A stretch of 55,987 nucleotides of DNA from a virus (taxonomy: Duplodnaviria > Caudoviricetes), in the IMG/VR virus record IMGVR_UViG_3300025838_000004, positions 1 through 55,987 of that record. One strand, 5' to 3'. The notes under the pieces were generated by a model that saw only the letters and a program-made list of their open reading frames with translations, made no database searches and was not told the origin of the DNA. Both the position numbers and the translations under genes were made by a program. Shown here piece by piece: positions 1 through 8,066 of this stretch (its first letter is position 1; each line of letters opens with the position of its first letter).

Positions 1-84
1 AATTAAGTGATGCAACAATACGAGAACTGTCAGTTGCTTTTATGTTGGTATTACGCAGAACTCCTGAAGATGAACTTTTTGAAA
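1..84. repeat. 84-bp terminal direct repeat (copy 1); circular assembly overlap
   Basis: 1-84 is identical to 55904-55987, and an ORF reads through the junction. Confidence 0.97.
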
Positions 85-130
85 ATGTATATGAATATTC
101 AAAATTACTATTAAAGAAAGTGAGGGGGCA

Positions 131-328
131 ATGAAATTTAATTGTGGCGAATCGTGGTCAACTAAACAACAAAGACTACAAGAGTGGCACGAATGGTTTG
201 CTTGGCGTCCAGTGCGGGTTGGCGACAATGATTGCAGATGGTTAGAAAAAGTGCAACGCAAGGGTAAATACATATACTACGGCATTGACTCATGTTGGCT
301 TTGGGAATATAAGGAGATTGAGAAATGA
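131..328 (+). CDS. Cassette-array hypothetical protein (WHEWFAWRPV motif)
   Basis: ATGA overlaps on both sides; Trp-rich motif typical of small phage proteins. Confidence 0.75.
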   Translation: MKFNCGESWSTKQQRLQEWHEWFAWRPVRVGDNDCRWLEKVQRKGKYIYYGIDSCWLWEYKEIEK

Positions 329-624
329 GCAATATAGATGATTGGGCATGGAAAATCATTCGTGCTTGTGGGTTATCAACTGCCAATTCTGATATTAATG
401 TTTTTAAATTACATGAATATATTACAGAGATGATTTACACACCTCGATTTAAAGAATTTCCTGTTGGCAATTTTGTTATGCGGTTTTACAAAACAGACCA
501 TGTATGGACGTGCACAGTCACAGAAGATATGTTGGATGAAGCAATTAAAATTGCAAAACCATTGTCAGAAGAATATATTCAATCAGAATGGGAAAGACTT
601 GGAAAGAAAGCGAGTGAGAAATGA
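325..624 (+). CDS. Cassette-array hypothetical protein
   Basis: ATGA-coupled; ends KKASEK. Confidence 0.8.
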   Translation: MSNIDDWAWKIIRACGLSTANSDINVFKLHEYITEMIYTPRFKEFPVGNFVMRFYKTDHVWTCTVTEDMLDEAIKIAKPLSEEYIQSEWERLGKKASEK

Positions 625-1361
625 CTGCAAATGAACTAGCAGATGAATTAACAACTTTTGTTGTAGTTTACAAAATCAATAATCTTGATTGTATGACTCT
701 TAACGAAGCAATCACCACGCTACGTCAACAAGCCAAAGAAATTGAAGAGTTAAAAGAACGCTTAGAAGAAACTCGTCAGTTGTATTTAAAGCAATTAGCC
801 ATCACCCATTCTGACACCCAATCACACCCAATTGAACCAGTAGCAATGCGTTATGACTTTGATGGATATGGATATATGTATATTGACTCAGGTTCAGGAA
901 GTGATTGGCAAACGAGAGAGAAGGGAGAGTTTCTTTACACCAAGCCATTCTTTAATCAAAAGCCTGTTGCTATGATGGTTAAAATGGATGGGTTTGATAA
1001 ACCTGAGTTTACTACAACCTGTAGTTCTGATGCACTAAAACATCCTAACTATACTGCATTGTATGACCATCCACCAATAGCATTTGCTGAACTAGAAGAG
1101 GGGCAGAGTATTCCTCTTTACGAACATTCTGAAGATAGAGATTCTGCTATCTACGCAACTGGTTATTGGAATGGTATTCAGAAAGCTAAAGAAAAGAATG
1201 AAACCTTAGACACAAGGTCTTACTTGATTGGTAGATATGATGGGTTGCGTGAACTAAGCGATGAGGAAATAGGGGAATTTAAAGGTCAATGGTATCGTGG
1301 CGATTTCAATTCATTTTATGATTTGGTTCAAGCCATCCTAAAGAAAGCGATTGAGAAATGA
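621..1361 (+). CDS. Mosaic cassette-array protein (MTANELAD / EPVA..LY.HP / LRELSDEEI modules)
   Basis: 246-aa ORF, ATGA-coupled, ends KKAIEK. Confidence 0.85.
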   Translation: MTANELADELTTFVVVYKINNLDCMTLNEAITTLRQQAKEIEELKERLEETRQLYLKQLAITHSDTQSHPIEPVAMRYDFDGYGYMYIDSGSGSDWQTREKGEFLYTKPFFNQKPVAMMVKMDGFDKPEFTTTCSSDALKHPNYTALYDHPPIAFAELEEGQSIPLYEHSEDRDSAIYATGYWNGIQKAKEKNETLDTRSYLIGRYDGLRELSDEEIGEFKGQWYRGDFNSFYDLVQAILKKAIEK

Positions 1362-1543
1362 CAGGTTACGTTTTTACACATCCACCAGCTAAAGTAGGTT
1401 GTTGGGTTATTGGTGGAGATTTAAATGTTTTTGTTTGCAAAAAACCAAACTGGTTTCATAAAAAGATGACCAAGTTTTTCTTTGGTTGGGACTGGAAAGA
1501 TGGTGATTTTGAAACACAATTAAGGAAAGCGAACGAAAAATGA
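1358..1543 (+). CDS. Cassette-array hypothetical protein (KPNWFH..FFFGW motif)
   Basis: ATGA-coupled; ends RKANEK. Confidence 0.75.
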   Translation: MTGYVFTHPPAKVGCWVIGGDLNVFVCKKPNWFHKKMTKFFFGWDWKDGDFETQLRKANEK

Positions 1544-1857
1544 CAGCAAATGAACTTGTAGATAAGTTAGAAAGTGTAAGTATTAGATTATTGGGTAAAG
1601 AAACTGAACACGCAGGTAGAGCTATTATCCTCTACAGAGAATCAGCTATCATGTTACGCCAACAAGAAGCAGAATTGACTGAAGCAGGACATATGATTGG
1701 TGTATTACGAGAAGAAATTAGTTTGTTGAAAGAAGAAATAGAAGTGTTGAAACCATATAAAGAAAAGATTGAAATGATGGAACGAGCCTATGATGACCAT
1801 ATTAAAAAATCAATGGGTGAGGTTAAAGACCTTATAAAGAAAGCGAGTGACAAATGA
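1540..1857 (+). CDS. Cassette-array coiled-coil protein (MTANEL module)
   Basis: N-terminus paralogous to 621..1361; ends KKASDK. Confidence 0.8.
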   Translation: MTANELVDKLESVSIRLLGKETEHAGRAIILYRESAIMLRQQEAELTEAGHMIGVLREEISLLKEEIEVLKPYKEKIEMMERAYDDHIKKSMGEVKDLIKKASDK

Positions 1858-2114
1858 ATGAACCTGTAGCCCATAGATTTAAATGGGAAGAGCAAGAAGA
1901 ATGGCAGTATGGCGATGGGTATGACGCAACAGGAGCGCCTAACGACCCTGACTATTTTGCTTATGAACCCCTTTACACCCACCCAATGCGTGAACTAACA
2001 AATGAGGAAATATTAGAACTTTATCATTCTGAACCTAGATTTGATGCTTTAGATAATTTTAAATATTTAAATTTTGCAAAAGAAATATTAAAAAAGGCGA
2101 GTGAGAAATGCTAA
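1854..2114 (+). CDS. Cassette-array protein (EPVA..LYTHP + RELTNEEI modules)
   Basis: Modules paralogous to 621..1361; ends KKASEKC. Confidence 0.8.
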   Translation: MNEPVAHRFKWEEQEEWQYGDGYDATGAPNDPDYFAYEPLYTHPMRELTNEEILELYHSEPRFDALDNFKYLNFAKEILKKASEKC

Positions 2115-2335
2115 TCGGATTTGTTAAAGAAAAACAAGAAGAAGCATTTGACGATTGGGTCAAGTTGCTCAAAACTGCAAAAGCGGAAGAAGAATTCTTA
2201 ACCGACCCCAAAGCGGTATGGTTGGAAGCTTGGACACAAGCAACCATGGTTGCCTGGGGTATAGTGAATGATAATGTTCCTCCAGAATATAGAGAGAAAG
2301 TATTTGATCAAATGAAAATAAAGTTATTAAAATGA
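2108..2335 (+). CDS. Hypothetical protein
   Basis: Starts inside the junction repeat; ATGA overlap with next gene. Confidence 0.75.
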   Translation: MLIGFVKEKQEEAFDDWVKLLKTAKAEEEFLTDPKAVWLEAWTQATMVAWGIVNDNVPPEYREKVFDQMKIKLLK

Positions 2336-2517
2336 GATTTCGTGAACTAAAGAAACCACGTAATAAGTCTCATCATGAAGCCACTAGACGTAATTCACGT
2401 TATCGTCGTGGTATTTTTAATCGATGGTCTACATTTAAAATCATGATGAAATACGGACGTCGTAAACCTATTCGTTGGTGGCAAAAAAGACATAATAAAA
2501 TGTTTACTAATGAGTAA
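2332..2517 (+). CDS. Small highly basic (Arg/Lys-rich) hypothetical protein
   Basis: ATGA-coupled 61-aa ORF. Confidence 0.55.
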   Translation: MRFRELKKPRNKSHHEATRRNSRYRRGIFNRWSTFKIMMKYGRRKPIRWWQKRHNKMFTNE

Positions 2518-2531
2518 ACACATGGTATAAT
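2501..2531 (+). promoter_or_regulatory. Sigma70-like promoter (TTTACT-17 bp-TATAAT, extended TG) overlapped by inverted repeat TGTTTACT-N4-AGTAAACA
   Basis: -35 at 2503-2508, -10 at 2526-2531; followed by a CTTAA-rich leader and AAGGAG RBS. Confidence 0.75.
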
Positions 2532-2572
2532 GTATCTAACACTTAATACTAAACACTTAACTAAGGAGCTAT

Positions 2573-3049
2573 ATGAATATTTTTTATCTTCACCCTATCT
2601 CAAGAATTTGTGCTTTATATCATTGTGATAAACATGTTGTCAAAATGATTGTAGAAACTGCACAATTATTAGCAACCGCACATCATGAACACAATCACCC
2701 GGTTACGTATAAGCCTACTCATATTAATCATCCTTCTGCTATATGGGCTAGATCATCTCGTTTACATTACAACTATTTAGTTGGTTTAGGTAAAGCTTTA
2801 TGCGCAGAGTATACAAAGCGTTATCATAAAACGCATGCTTGTGAACAGTTATACGACGGCGAATTAAAAGACCCACCACCTAGTCTTACATTTAGTGGCT
2901 GGACTAATCCACCACAATGTATGCCTGATGAATATAAACATGAAGACACGGTTACTGCATATCGTCGTTATTATCGTTATAAGCAAAATGTTATCTCTAT
3001 GAAATGGTATCAAGATAATGCATATGCACCTGATTGGATGGTTGCATGA
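2573..3049 (+). CDS. Pyrimidine-dimer DNA glycosylase / endonuclease V (DenV)-like protein
   Basis: Family signature MNIFYL....CA..HCDKHVVKMI.E.AQLL, Y+PTH.NHP..IW, and PPQCMPD+YK..D.V.AYR.YY. Confidence 0.75.
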   Translation: MNIFYLHPISRICALYHCDKHVVKMIVETAQLLATAHHEHNHPVTYKPTHINHPSAIWARSSRLHYNYLVGLGKALCAEYTKRYHKTHACEQLYDGELKDPPPSLTFSGWTNPPQCMPDEYKHEDTVTAYRRYYRYKQNVISMKWYQDNAYAPDWMVA

Positions 3050-3477
3050 ATAAGTGGGATCAACGTTATTTAGATCTTGCCAAGTATATCTCAACTTGGT
3101 CTAAAGACCCGTCTACCAAGTGTGGTGCTGTTATTACTGACAAGTATAACAGAATTATTAGCACTGGGTTTAATGGTTTTCCTCAAGGCATACAAGATGA
3201 TGACAGGCTTAAAGATAGAAATACAAAGTATGAAATGATTGTGCATGCTGAGCAAAATTCTATTTTGTTTGCTAAACAAGATCTACATAGTTGCTCAATT
3301 TACACATGGCCATACCAACCTTGCTCTGTTTGTGCGGCAGTTATTGTACAAGCAGGCATACAAAGAGTAATTTCACCACAGATCTCTGCTAAAAGATGGG
3401 AAGTGTCATTTAAATTAGCAAATGATATGTTTAAAGAAGCAAACGTAGAAACTACATACATAGGACAAAAATCATGA
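3046..3477 (+). CDS. dCMP deaminase
   Basis: SKDPSTKCGAVI, GFNG, HAE and PCxxC zinc deaminase motifs; start chosen at the ATGA overlap. Confidence 0.93.
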   Translation: MNKWDQRYLDLAKYISTWSKDPSTKCGAVITDKYNRIISTGFNGFPQGIQDDDRLKDRNTKYEMIVHAEQNSILFAKQDLHSCSIYTWPYQPCSVCAAVIVQAGIQRVISPQISAKRWEVSFKLANDMFKEANVETTYIGQKS

Positions 3478-3848
3478 ACTTAACTGAACTTATAGAACAA
3501 CTTGTAGAAATTAGAAGAAAAAGAACTGATATTGCATCACAAGATAGTGAATTATCTAAACAAGCTTCACAACTAGAAGCTGATATTATGCATTTAATGT
3601 CAGAGGTAGGCACCACCAAAGCAGCTACCGAAACAGGGCATAGTGTAGTCATGGCTAAAAAGTCAGTACCTGTTATTACAGACTGGGATGCTTTTTATAG
3701 TTATGTACAACAAACAAAGAGTTTTGACTTACTCCATAAACGCTTAAGTACTACAGCATTTAAGGATCGAGCAGAAAATGGTGAACAGATCCCCGGTTCA
3801 TCAATTACAGAATTATGGGGAATTACATTAACTCAATCACGTAAATAA
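3474..3848 (+). CDS. Conserved phage replication-module hypothetical protein
   Basis: N-terminal coiled coil plus DWDAFY..LL.KR.S..A..IPG motif common next to phage PolA/SSB genes. Confidence 0.7.
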   Translation: MNLTELIEQLVEIRRKRTDIASQDSELSKQASQLEADIMHLMSEVGTTKAATETGHSVVMAKKSVPVITDWDAFYSYVQQTKSFDLLHKRLSTTAFKDRAENGEQIPGSSITELWGITLTQSRK

Positions 3849-3858
3849 AGGAACTTAA

Positions 3859-4590
3859 ATGTCTAAAAACGAAATCGTCTCATTTGAATCAGAAATGGCT
3901 AAATTAGCCGAGCAAAGTATACAAGCAGAGAAAAACTCTGCAAGTGTATCATTTATCACAACTAGTGGTGGTGTAATGAAGTACCGTGATAATCCAATTG
4001 CTGGTAATTCATTAGATGTCATTGTGCTTGCATCTCCGGTTGAGCGTTTGTATTACACATCAAGGTATGACCCTACCAACAATGCACCACCAAGTTGTTT
4101 TGCATTAGGTCCTACAATTACAGGGTTAAAGCCAAGTCATTTATCTGATTCACCTCAAGCAGAGTTATGCGAATCATGCCCTAAAAATCAATGGGGTAGT
4201 GCTACGAACGGGGGTAAAGGCAAGGCTTGTGGTGAAAAACGTCGATTATTTTTAATGACCGCTGACTCTGCAGTATCAACTGATTCAGTGAATTTAGCAG
4301 AGGTGGCAGCACTTCGTATTCCAGTTACTAGTGTAAAAGGTTATGCTACATATGTGCAAACTGTGGCTTCTACAGTAAAACGTCCATTGGCAGCAGTAAT
4401 TACTAAAGTATCATTGGTTCCTGATCCTAAAACTCAGTTTAAGATTCAGTTTACTTATGTAAAAGCACTTGATGATATGTCAGTAGTGAAAGCATTGATT
4501 GCAAGAGGTGAAAAAGAAATGACCAATGCAATTAATAATCCTGATACTGAAGCCGATGAAGAAGCTGCACCAACATCTAACAAATACTAA
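3859..4590 (+). CDS. Putative ssDNA-binding/recombination protein with Cys cluster
   Basis: P.C, CxxCP.N..GS, GKAC..RRL and L.IP.TS motifs; acidic tail; located upstream of PolA. Confidence 0.55.
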   Translation: MSKNEIVSFESEMAKLAEQSIQAEKNSASVSFITTSGGVMKYRDNPIAGNSLDVIVLASPVERLYYTSRYDPTNNAPPSCFALGPTITGLKPSHLSDSPQAELCESCPKNQWGSATNGGKGKACGEKRRLFLMTADSAVSTDSVNLAEVAALRIPVTSVKGYATYVQTVASTVKRPLAAVITKVSLVPDPKTQFKIQFTYVKALDDMSVVKALIARGEKEMTNAINNPDTEADEEAAPTSNKY

Positions 4591-4599
4591 GGAATCATA

Positions 4600-4737
4600 A
4601 TGCCAACAAGACAAGAATTAATACTACAATTTATGCTTCAAATAGCAGCAAATGGCTCTGTTCAGGTCACAGATGCAAAGTATGTACATAATATTGCATG
4701 TAATTTAGCTGACCAATATATTAAGAACCAAGCGTAA
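4600..4737 (+). CDS. Small hypothetical protein (45 aa, MPTRQELILQFML...)
   Basis: Manual ORF with AAGGA RBS; TAATG overlap with polA. Confidence 0.65.
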   Translation: MPTRQELILQFMLQIAANGSVQVTDAKYVHNIACNLADQYIKNQA

Positions 4738-6557
4738 TGACTGATCCTATCTTTTTAGACTTTGAAACAGAAGCCATTGGGCCTAGACCGGAACACTATC
4801 CGCCTAAGCCGGTTGGCTTGGCTGTTTTAGATCGAACAGGTCAGTTTAAGTCAGGTTATTACTCGTTTTGTCATGATTCAGGTAATAACACAACTTATTC
4901 TAATGTTCGTGATCTTTTAATTCGTATATGGGAGTCTGGTAGACATGTTTGTTTTCACAACGCTATGTTTGATCTTGCTGTTATTGTTGAACAGTTTCAC
5001 CTCGATTTTCCTCACCCTTCTAGGGTGCACGACACTTTGGTTCTTGCTTTCTTGTTTGACCCTTATGTCCGTTCTTTATCATTAAAAGAATTATGTGTTG
5101 AGTGGTTGAACATTAAGCCTGAAGAGCGTGATGAGCTATTTGAGTGGTTAGTACAGCACATACCTGAAGTTGCTAAGAAGCCTAAAACTGCTGGTGCATA
5201 TATTGCTCGTGGTCCTGCAAACCTTGTAGGAATGTATGCAGAGGCCGACGTTAAATTAACAGCTAAGTTATGGGACTTTACCTTATCTGTTAGAGAAACA
5301 ATGCCTGAGGCCTATCTTAGAGAAATAGAGTTAATGCCAGTACTATTAGAGAATTCCAGGTTAGGAGTTCGTGTTGATCGTGAAGGTCTGCAGTCTTGTC
5401 TTGATAAGGCAAAAGCAGATATTATACAGTGTGAGAACTGGCTGTATAAATACTTTTATGATGACACTATTAACTTTAATTCTGGTGCTCAACTCGTTCA
5501 AGTCATTCAAGCTAAAGGTTGTTATAACAAAGACAAAGAATGGCCAACGAGTGATAAAGGTACACCTCTATCGGATAAAGATACACTTGCAGATTTAGTC
5601 ACTGATACAGAGTTATCTTCTGTACTTAGACATCGAGATGTGTTGGTGAAACTTACGGGTACGTACATTGAGCCATGGCTAGAACAATCAAAACTATCAG
5701 GCAGAATTTATACAGAGTGGAACACAGTCCGTGGCGAAGCAGGAGGTACAAGAACAGGACGATTATCATCTAAGCCTACACTTCAAACAATGCCTACACG
5801 TGGCCCAAAAACTCCACTGCCCTCTGAAATTCATGATCTCATTATACCTAAAGTCAGGCAGTATATTCTACCTGATGAGGGGCATAGTATGATTGCAGCT
5901 GACTTTAATGCTCAAGAGCTTAGATTGTTTGCATATTTTGAAGACGGTAAACTTAAAGAGCAATACTTAAAAGACCCTAAAGCAGACCTTCACACATTTA
6001 GTAAGAACATGATGAGTGAAAAAGTAGGTAGAGATATTCCAAGAGACTATGTGAAAACGTTATCATTCGGTATTCTTTATGGTGCAGGACCTAAAAAGCT
6101 GAGTGAGATGTTAAAGATACCGTATGACGAAGCTCGTGAACTTGTTGATCTTTATAAATCAGAAGTTGCTACAGGTCTACCAAAGATTAATGATGATTTA
6201 ATGACTAGATATAGAGCAAAAATACCATTTAAGACAATAGGTGGTAGACTCATTAAAGGTGAACCGCCTAAGATGATTCATGGTAAGTTCATGGAGTTTG
6301 GCTTTAAGTCTTTAAATACACTTATCCAAGGTAGTGGTGCTGATATGACAAAGCAAGCAATGATTAATTTTGCTAAAATAGCAGACAGATCTAGATTGTT
6401 ATTGTCTTTACATGATGAGATTGTTATTTCATGTGAAAAAGGGTATGAAGAACGTGAAGCAAAGAAATTAGAAGAGTGTATGATGTATGCATTTAAACTT
6501 GATGTGCCATTTATTGCAGAGGCAGTAATTGGAAATAACTTTAGCGAGGTGAAATAA
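4737..6557 (+). CDS. polA: DNA polymerase family A with 3'-5' exonuclease
   Basis: ExoI DFET, ExoII HNAMFD, ExoIII YAEAD; TGRLSS, motif A DFNAQELR, motif B RxxxKxxxFGILYG, motif C HDEI. Confidence 0.96.
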   Translation: MTDPIFLDFETEAIGPRPEHYPPKPVGLAVLDRTGQFKSGYYSFCHDSGNNTTYSNVRDLLIRIWESGRHVCFHNAMFDLAVIVEQFHLDFPHPSRVHDTLVLAFLFDPYVRSLSLKELCVEWLNIKPEERDELFEWLVQHIPEVAKKPKTAGAYIARGPANLVGMYAEADVKLTAKLWDFTLSVRETMPEAYLREIELMPVLLENSRLGVRVDREGLQSCLDKAKADIIQCENWLYKYFYDDTINFNSGAQLVQVIQAKGCYNKDKEWPTSDKGTPLSDKDTLADLVTDTELSSVLRHRDVLVKLTGTYIEPWLEQSKLSGRIYTEWNTVRGEAGGTRTGRLSSKPTLQTMPTRGPKTPLPSEIHDLIIPKVRQYILPDEGHSMIAADFNAQELRLFAYFEDGKLKEQYLKDPKADLHTFSKNMMSEKVGRDIPRDYVKTLSFGILYGAGPKKLSEMLKIPYDEARELVDLYKSEVATGLPKINDDLMTRYRAKIPFKTIGGRLIKGEPPKMIHGKFMEFGFKSLNTLIQGSGADMTKQAMINFAKIADRSRLLLSLHDEIVISCEKGYEEREAKKLEECMMYAFKLDVPFIAEAVIGNNFSEVK

Positions 6558-6868
6558 TGAGTAGAAAACAAGTAACAAAACAAGAACAAGACTTATTCTT
6601 AGGTCATCATGATATACCACCTGATCAAGTCAATAGTGCGATTGAAAAGATTAAAGAAGGTGCAGATGCGCCTATGACAGAGCAGATCTATGGTGAAACT
6701 AAGTCTTATATGGGTGATGCTAAGCAAGCATTGTTTGTGAAAGACGGTGAAATACGACCTGATGATGATCCTTTAATTGAGTTCATAGAGCTATATCAAC
6801 CTGGTGTTATGGTGGATAGACAGAAGTTTTATAGACGGTTACTTGATGTCTTGGAGGGATGGAAATGA
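6557..6868 (+). CDS. Hypothetical protein
   Basis: TAATG coupling to polA, GAGG RBS. Confidence 0.75.
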   Translation: MSRKQVTKQEQDLFLGHHDIPPDQVNSAIEKIKEGADAPMTEQIYGETKSYMGDAKQALFVKDGEIRPDDDPLIEFIELYQPGVMVDRQKFYRRLLDVLEGWK

Positions 6869-7137
6869 CTAAAATGAGCCAATTACAAAGACAATTATTA
6901 AGTGGTGGAGGTGGAGTAACTCTCTTTACACAACAAGAATTTGATGAAGCTTTAGCACTTGCCAAAGCTGAGATCATGGCAGTTGCTATACAAACCACTA
7001 AGCAAGCTATTTTAATTGAACGAGAAGAATGTGCAAAGATTGCTGAAGAATGGTCAGATGGTGTCACTGACCCTGAAAGTAAAGCAAAAGAAGTAGCAGA
7101 ACTTATTCGCAACCGTATACCAAGTCAGAGGAATTAG
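6865..7137 (+). CDS. Hypothetical protein (EREECAKIAE motif)
   Basis: ATGA overlap; ERE.CA motif frequent in small phage proteins. Confidence 0.75.
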   Translation: MTKMSQLQRQLLSGGGGVTLFTQQEFDEALALAKAEIMAVAIQTTKQAILIEREECAKIAEEWSDGVTDPESKAKEVAELIRNRIPSQRN

Positions 7138-7776
7138 ATGATCTATTCATATTCCACTGTTAAGATGTACGAGCAATGCCCTCGTAAATTCAAGTTTAGC
7201 AAAATAGATAAACTACCTGATTCATCAGGAGATGCTGCCAATAGAGGTAAACTCATTCATGCAGAGATTGAAGCACTATTGAATGGTGGTCTTCCTGTTT
7301 TTTCTGATGAAGTAATTTATTTAGAAGATAAACTTTCAAGATGGGTACAGCTTAAAGCAGCATCTGAAATGTCCATTGCAGTTGATGAAAACTTTAATGC
7401 AGTTCTTTATTCTGACCCTAAAGCAAAGTTTCGTGGTGTGATTGATTTGTATTATGAACAAGGTCCTGAAGCTACTATTGTTGACTTTAAAACAGGTAAA
7501 CATCGTGATTATTCAGACCAAGTCACTGTATATGCAGCAATGATCATGTCATGTAAACCGCATATCGAGTATGTGAAAACAGCAATTGAGTTTATTGACC
7601 TTGCAAAAACTGATGAGTATAAACTTATTACTAGATCTGATCTTCCTGTGCTTCAATTACGAATTAAAAATAGATTAAAAGCTCTTGAAAAAGATAAAAT
7701 TTATGCGCCTAATCCATCTTACTTATGTAATTACTGCCATTATAGAAAATCAAATGGTGGACCGTGTAAATGGTAG
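7138..7776 (+). CDS. PD-(D/E)XK exonuclease (RecB/Cas4-like)
   Basis: SYS..YEQCP, G..IH, GVID, IVDFKTG, Q...YA, and C-terminal CxxC...C. Confidence 0.9.
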   Translation: MIYSYSTVKMYEQCPRKFKFSKIDKLPDSSGDAANRGKLIHAEIEALLNGGLPVFSDEVIYLEDKLSRWVQLKAASEMSIAVDENFNAVLYSDPKAKFRGVIDLYYEQGPEATIVDFKTGKHRDYSDQVTVYAAMIMSCKPHIEYVKTAIEFIDLAKTDEYKLITRSDLPVLQLRIKNRLKALEKDKIYAPNPSYLCNYCHYRKSNGGPCKW

Positions 7777-8066
7777 AAAAAGTATTAGAACGTGATCTTG
7801 AAAGACATTTTAGTAAAGAATGTAAACGATTAAAAATCACAAGTCTTAAACTTCATCTTCGATACAGCACAGGTTATCCTGATCGATTAGTGATACTTCC
7901 ATTTAATAAAGTGTTATGGATAGAGTTAAAGACGCTTACAGGTAAATTATCAGCAAGACAAGAACAAATCCATTTTCAATTACGATTACATCATCATTGT
8001 GTACTTGTACTAAGAACAAAAGAGGAGATTACGAATGCTTTGGAAACCGCATCAATATCAGCATAA
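7770..8066 (+). CDS. VRR-NUC domain nuclease
   Basis: LERDLE, GYPDRL, WIELK..GKLS..Q. Confidence 0.9.
   Translation: MVEKVLERDLERHFSKECKRLKITSLKLHLRYSTGYPDRLVILPFNKVLWIELKTLTGKLSARQEQIHFQLRLHHHCVLVLRTKEEITNALETASISA

Larger units (their letters stand above)
114..2111 (+). repeat. Dispersed 21-bp gene-junction repeat, consensus AAGAAAGCGAGTGAGAAATGA
   Basis: Copies at 114-134, 308-328 (degenerate), 604-624, 1341-1361, 1523-1543, 1837-1857 and 2091-2111, each at a stop/start junction. Confidence 0.85.

Noticed and set aside
1-84. 84-bp end repeat as the biological terminal repeat
   Set aside because: It falls in the middle of an ORF that reads across the junction, so it is most simply an assembler circularisation overlap.
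7138-7776. Cas4 as part of a CRISPR system
   Set aside because: Standalone PD-(D/E)XK nuclease in the usual PolA/VRR-NUC/SNF2 module; no array or cas1.
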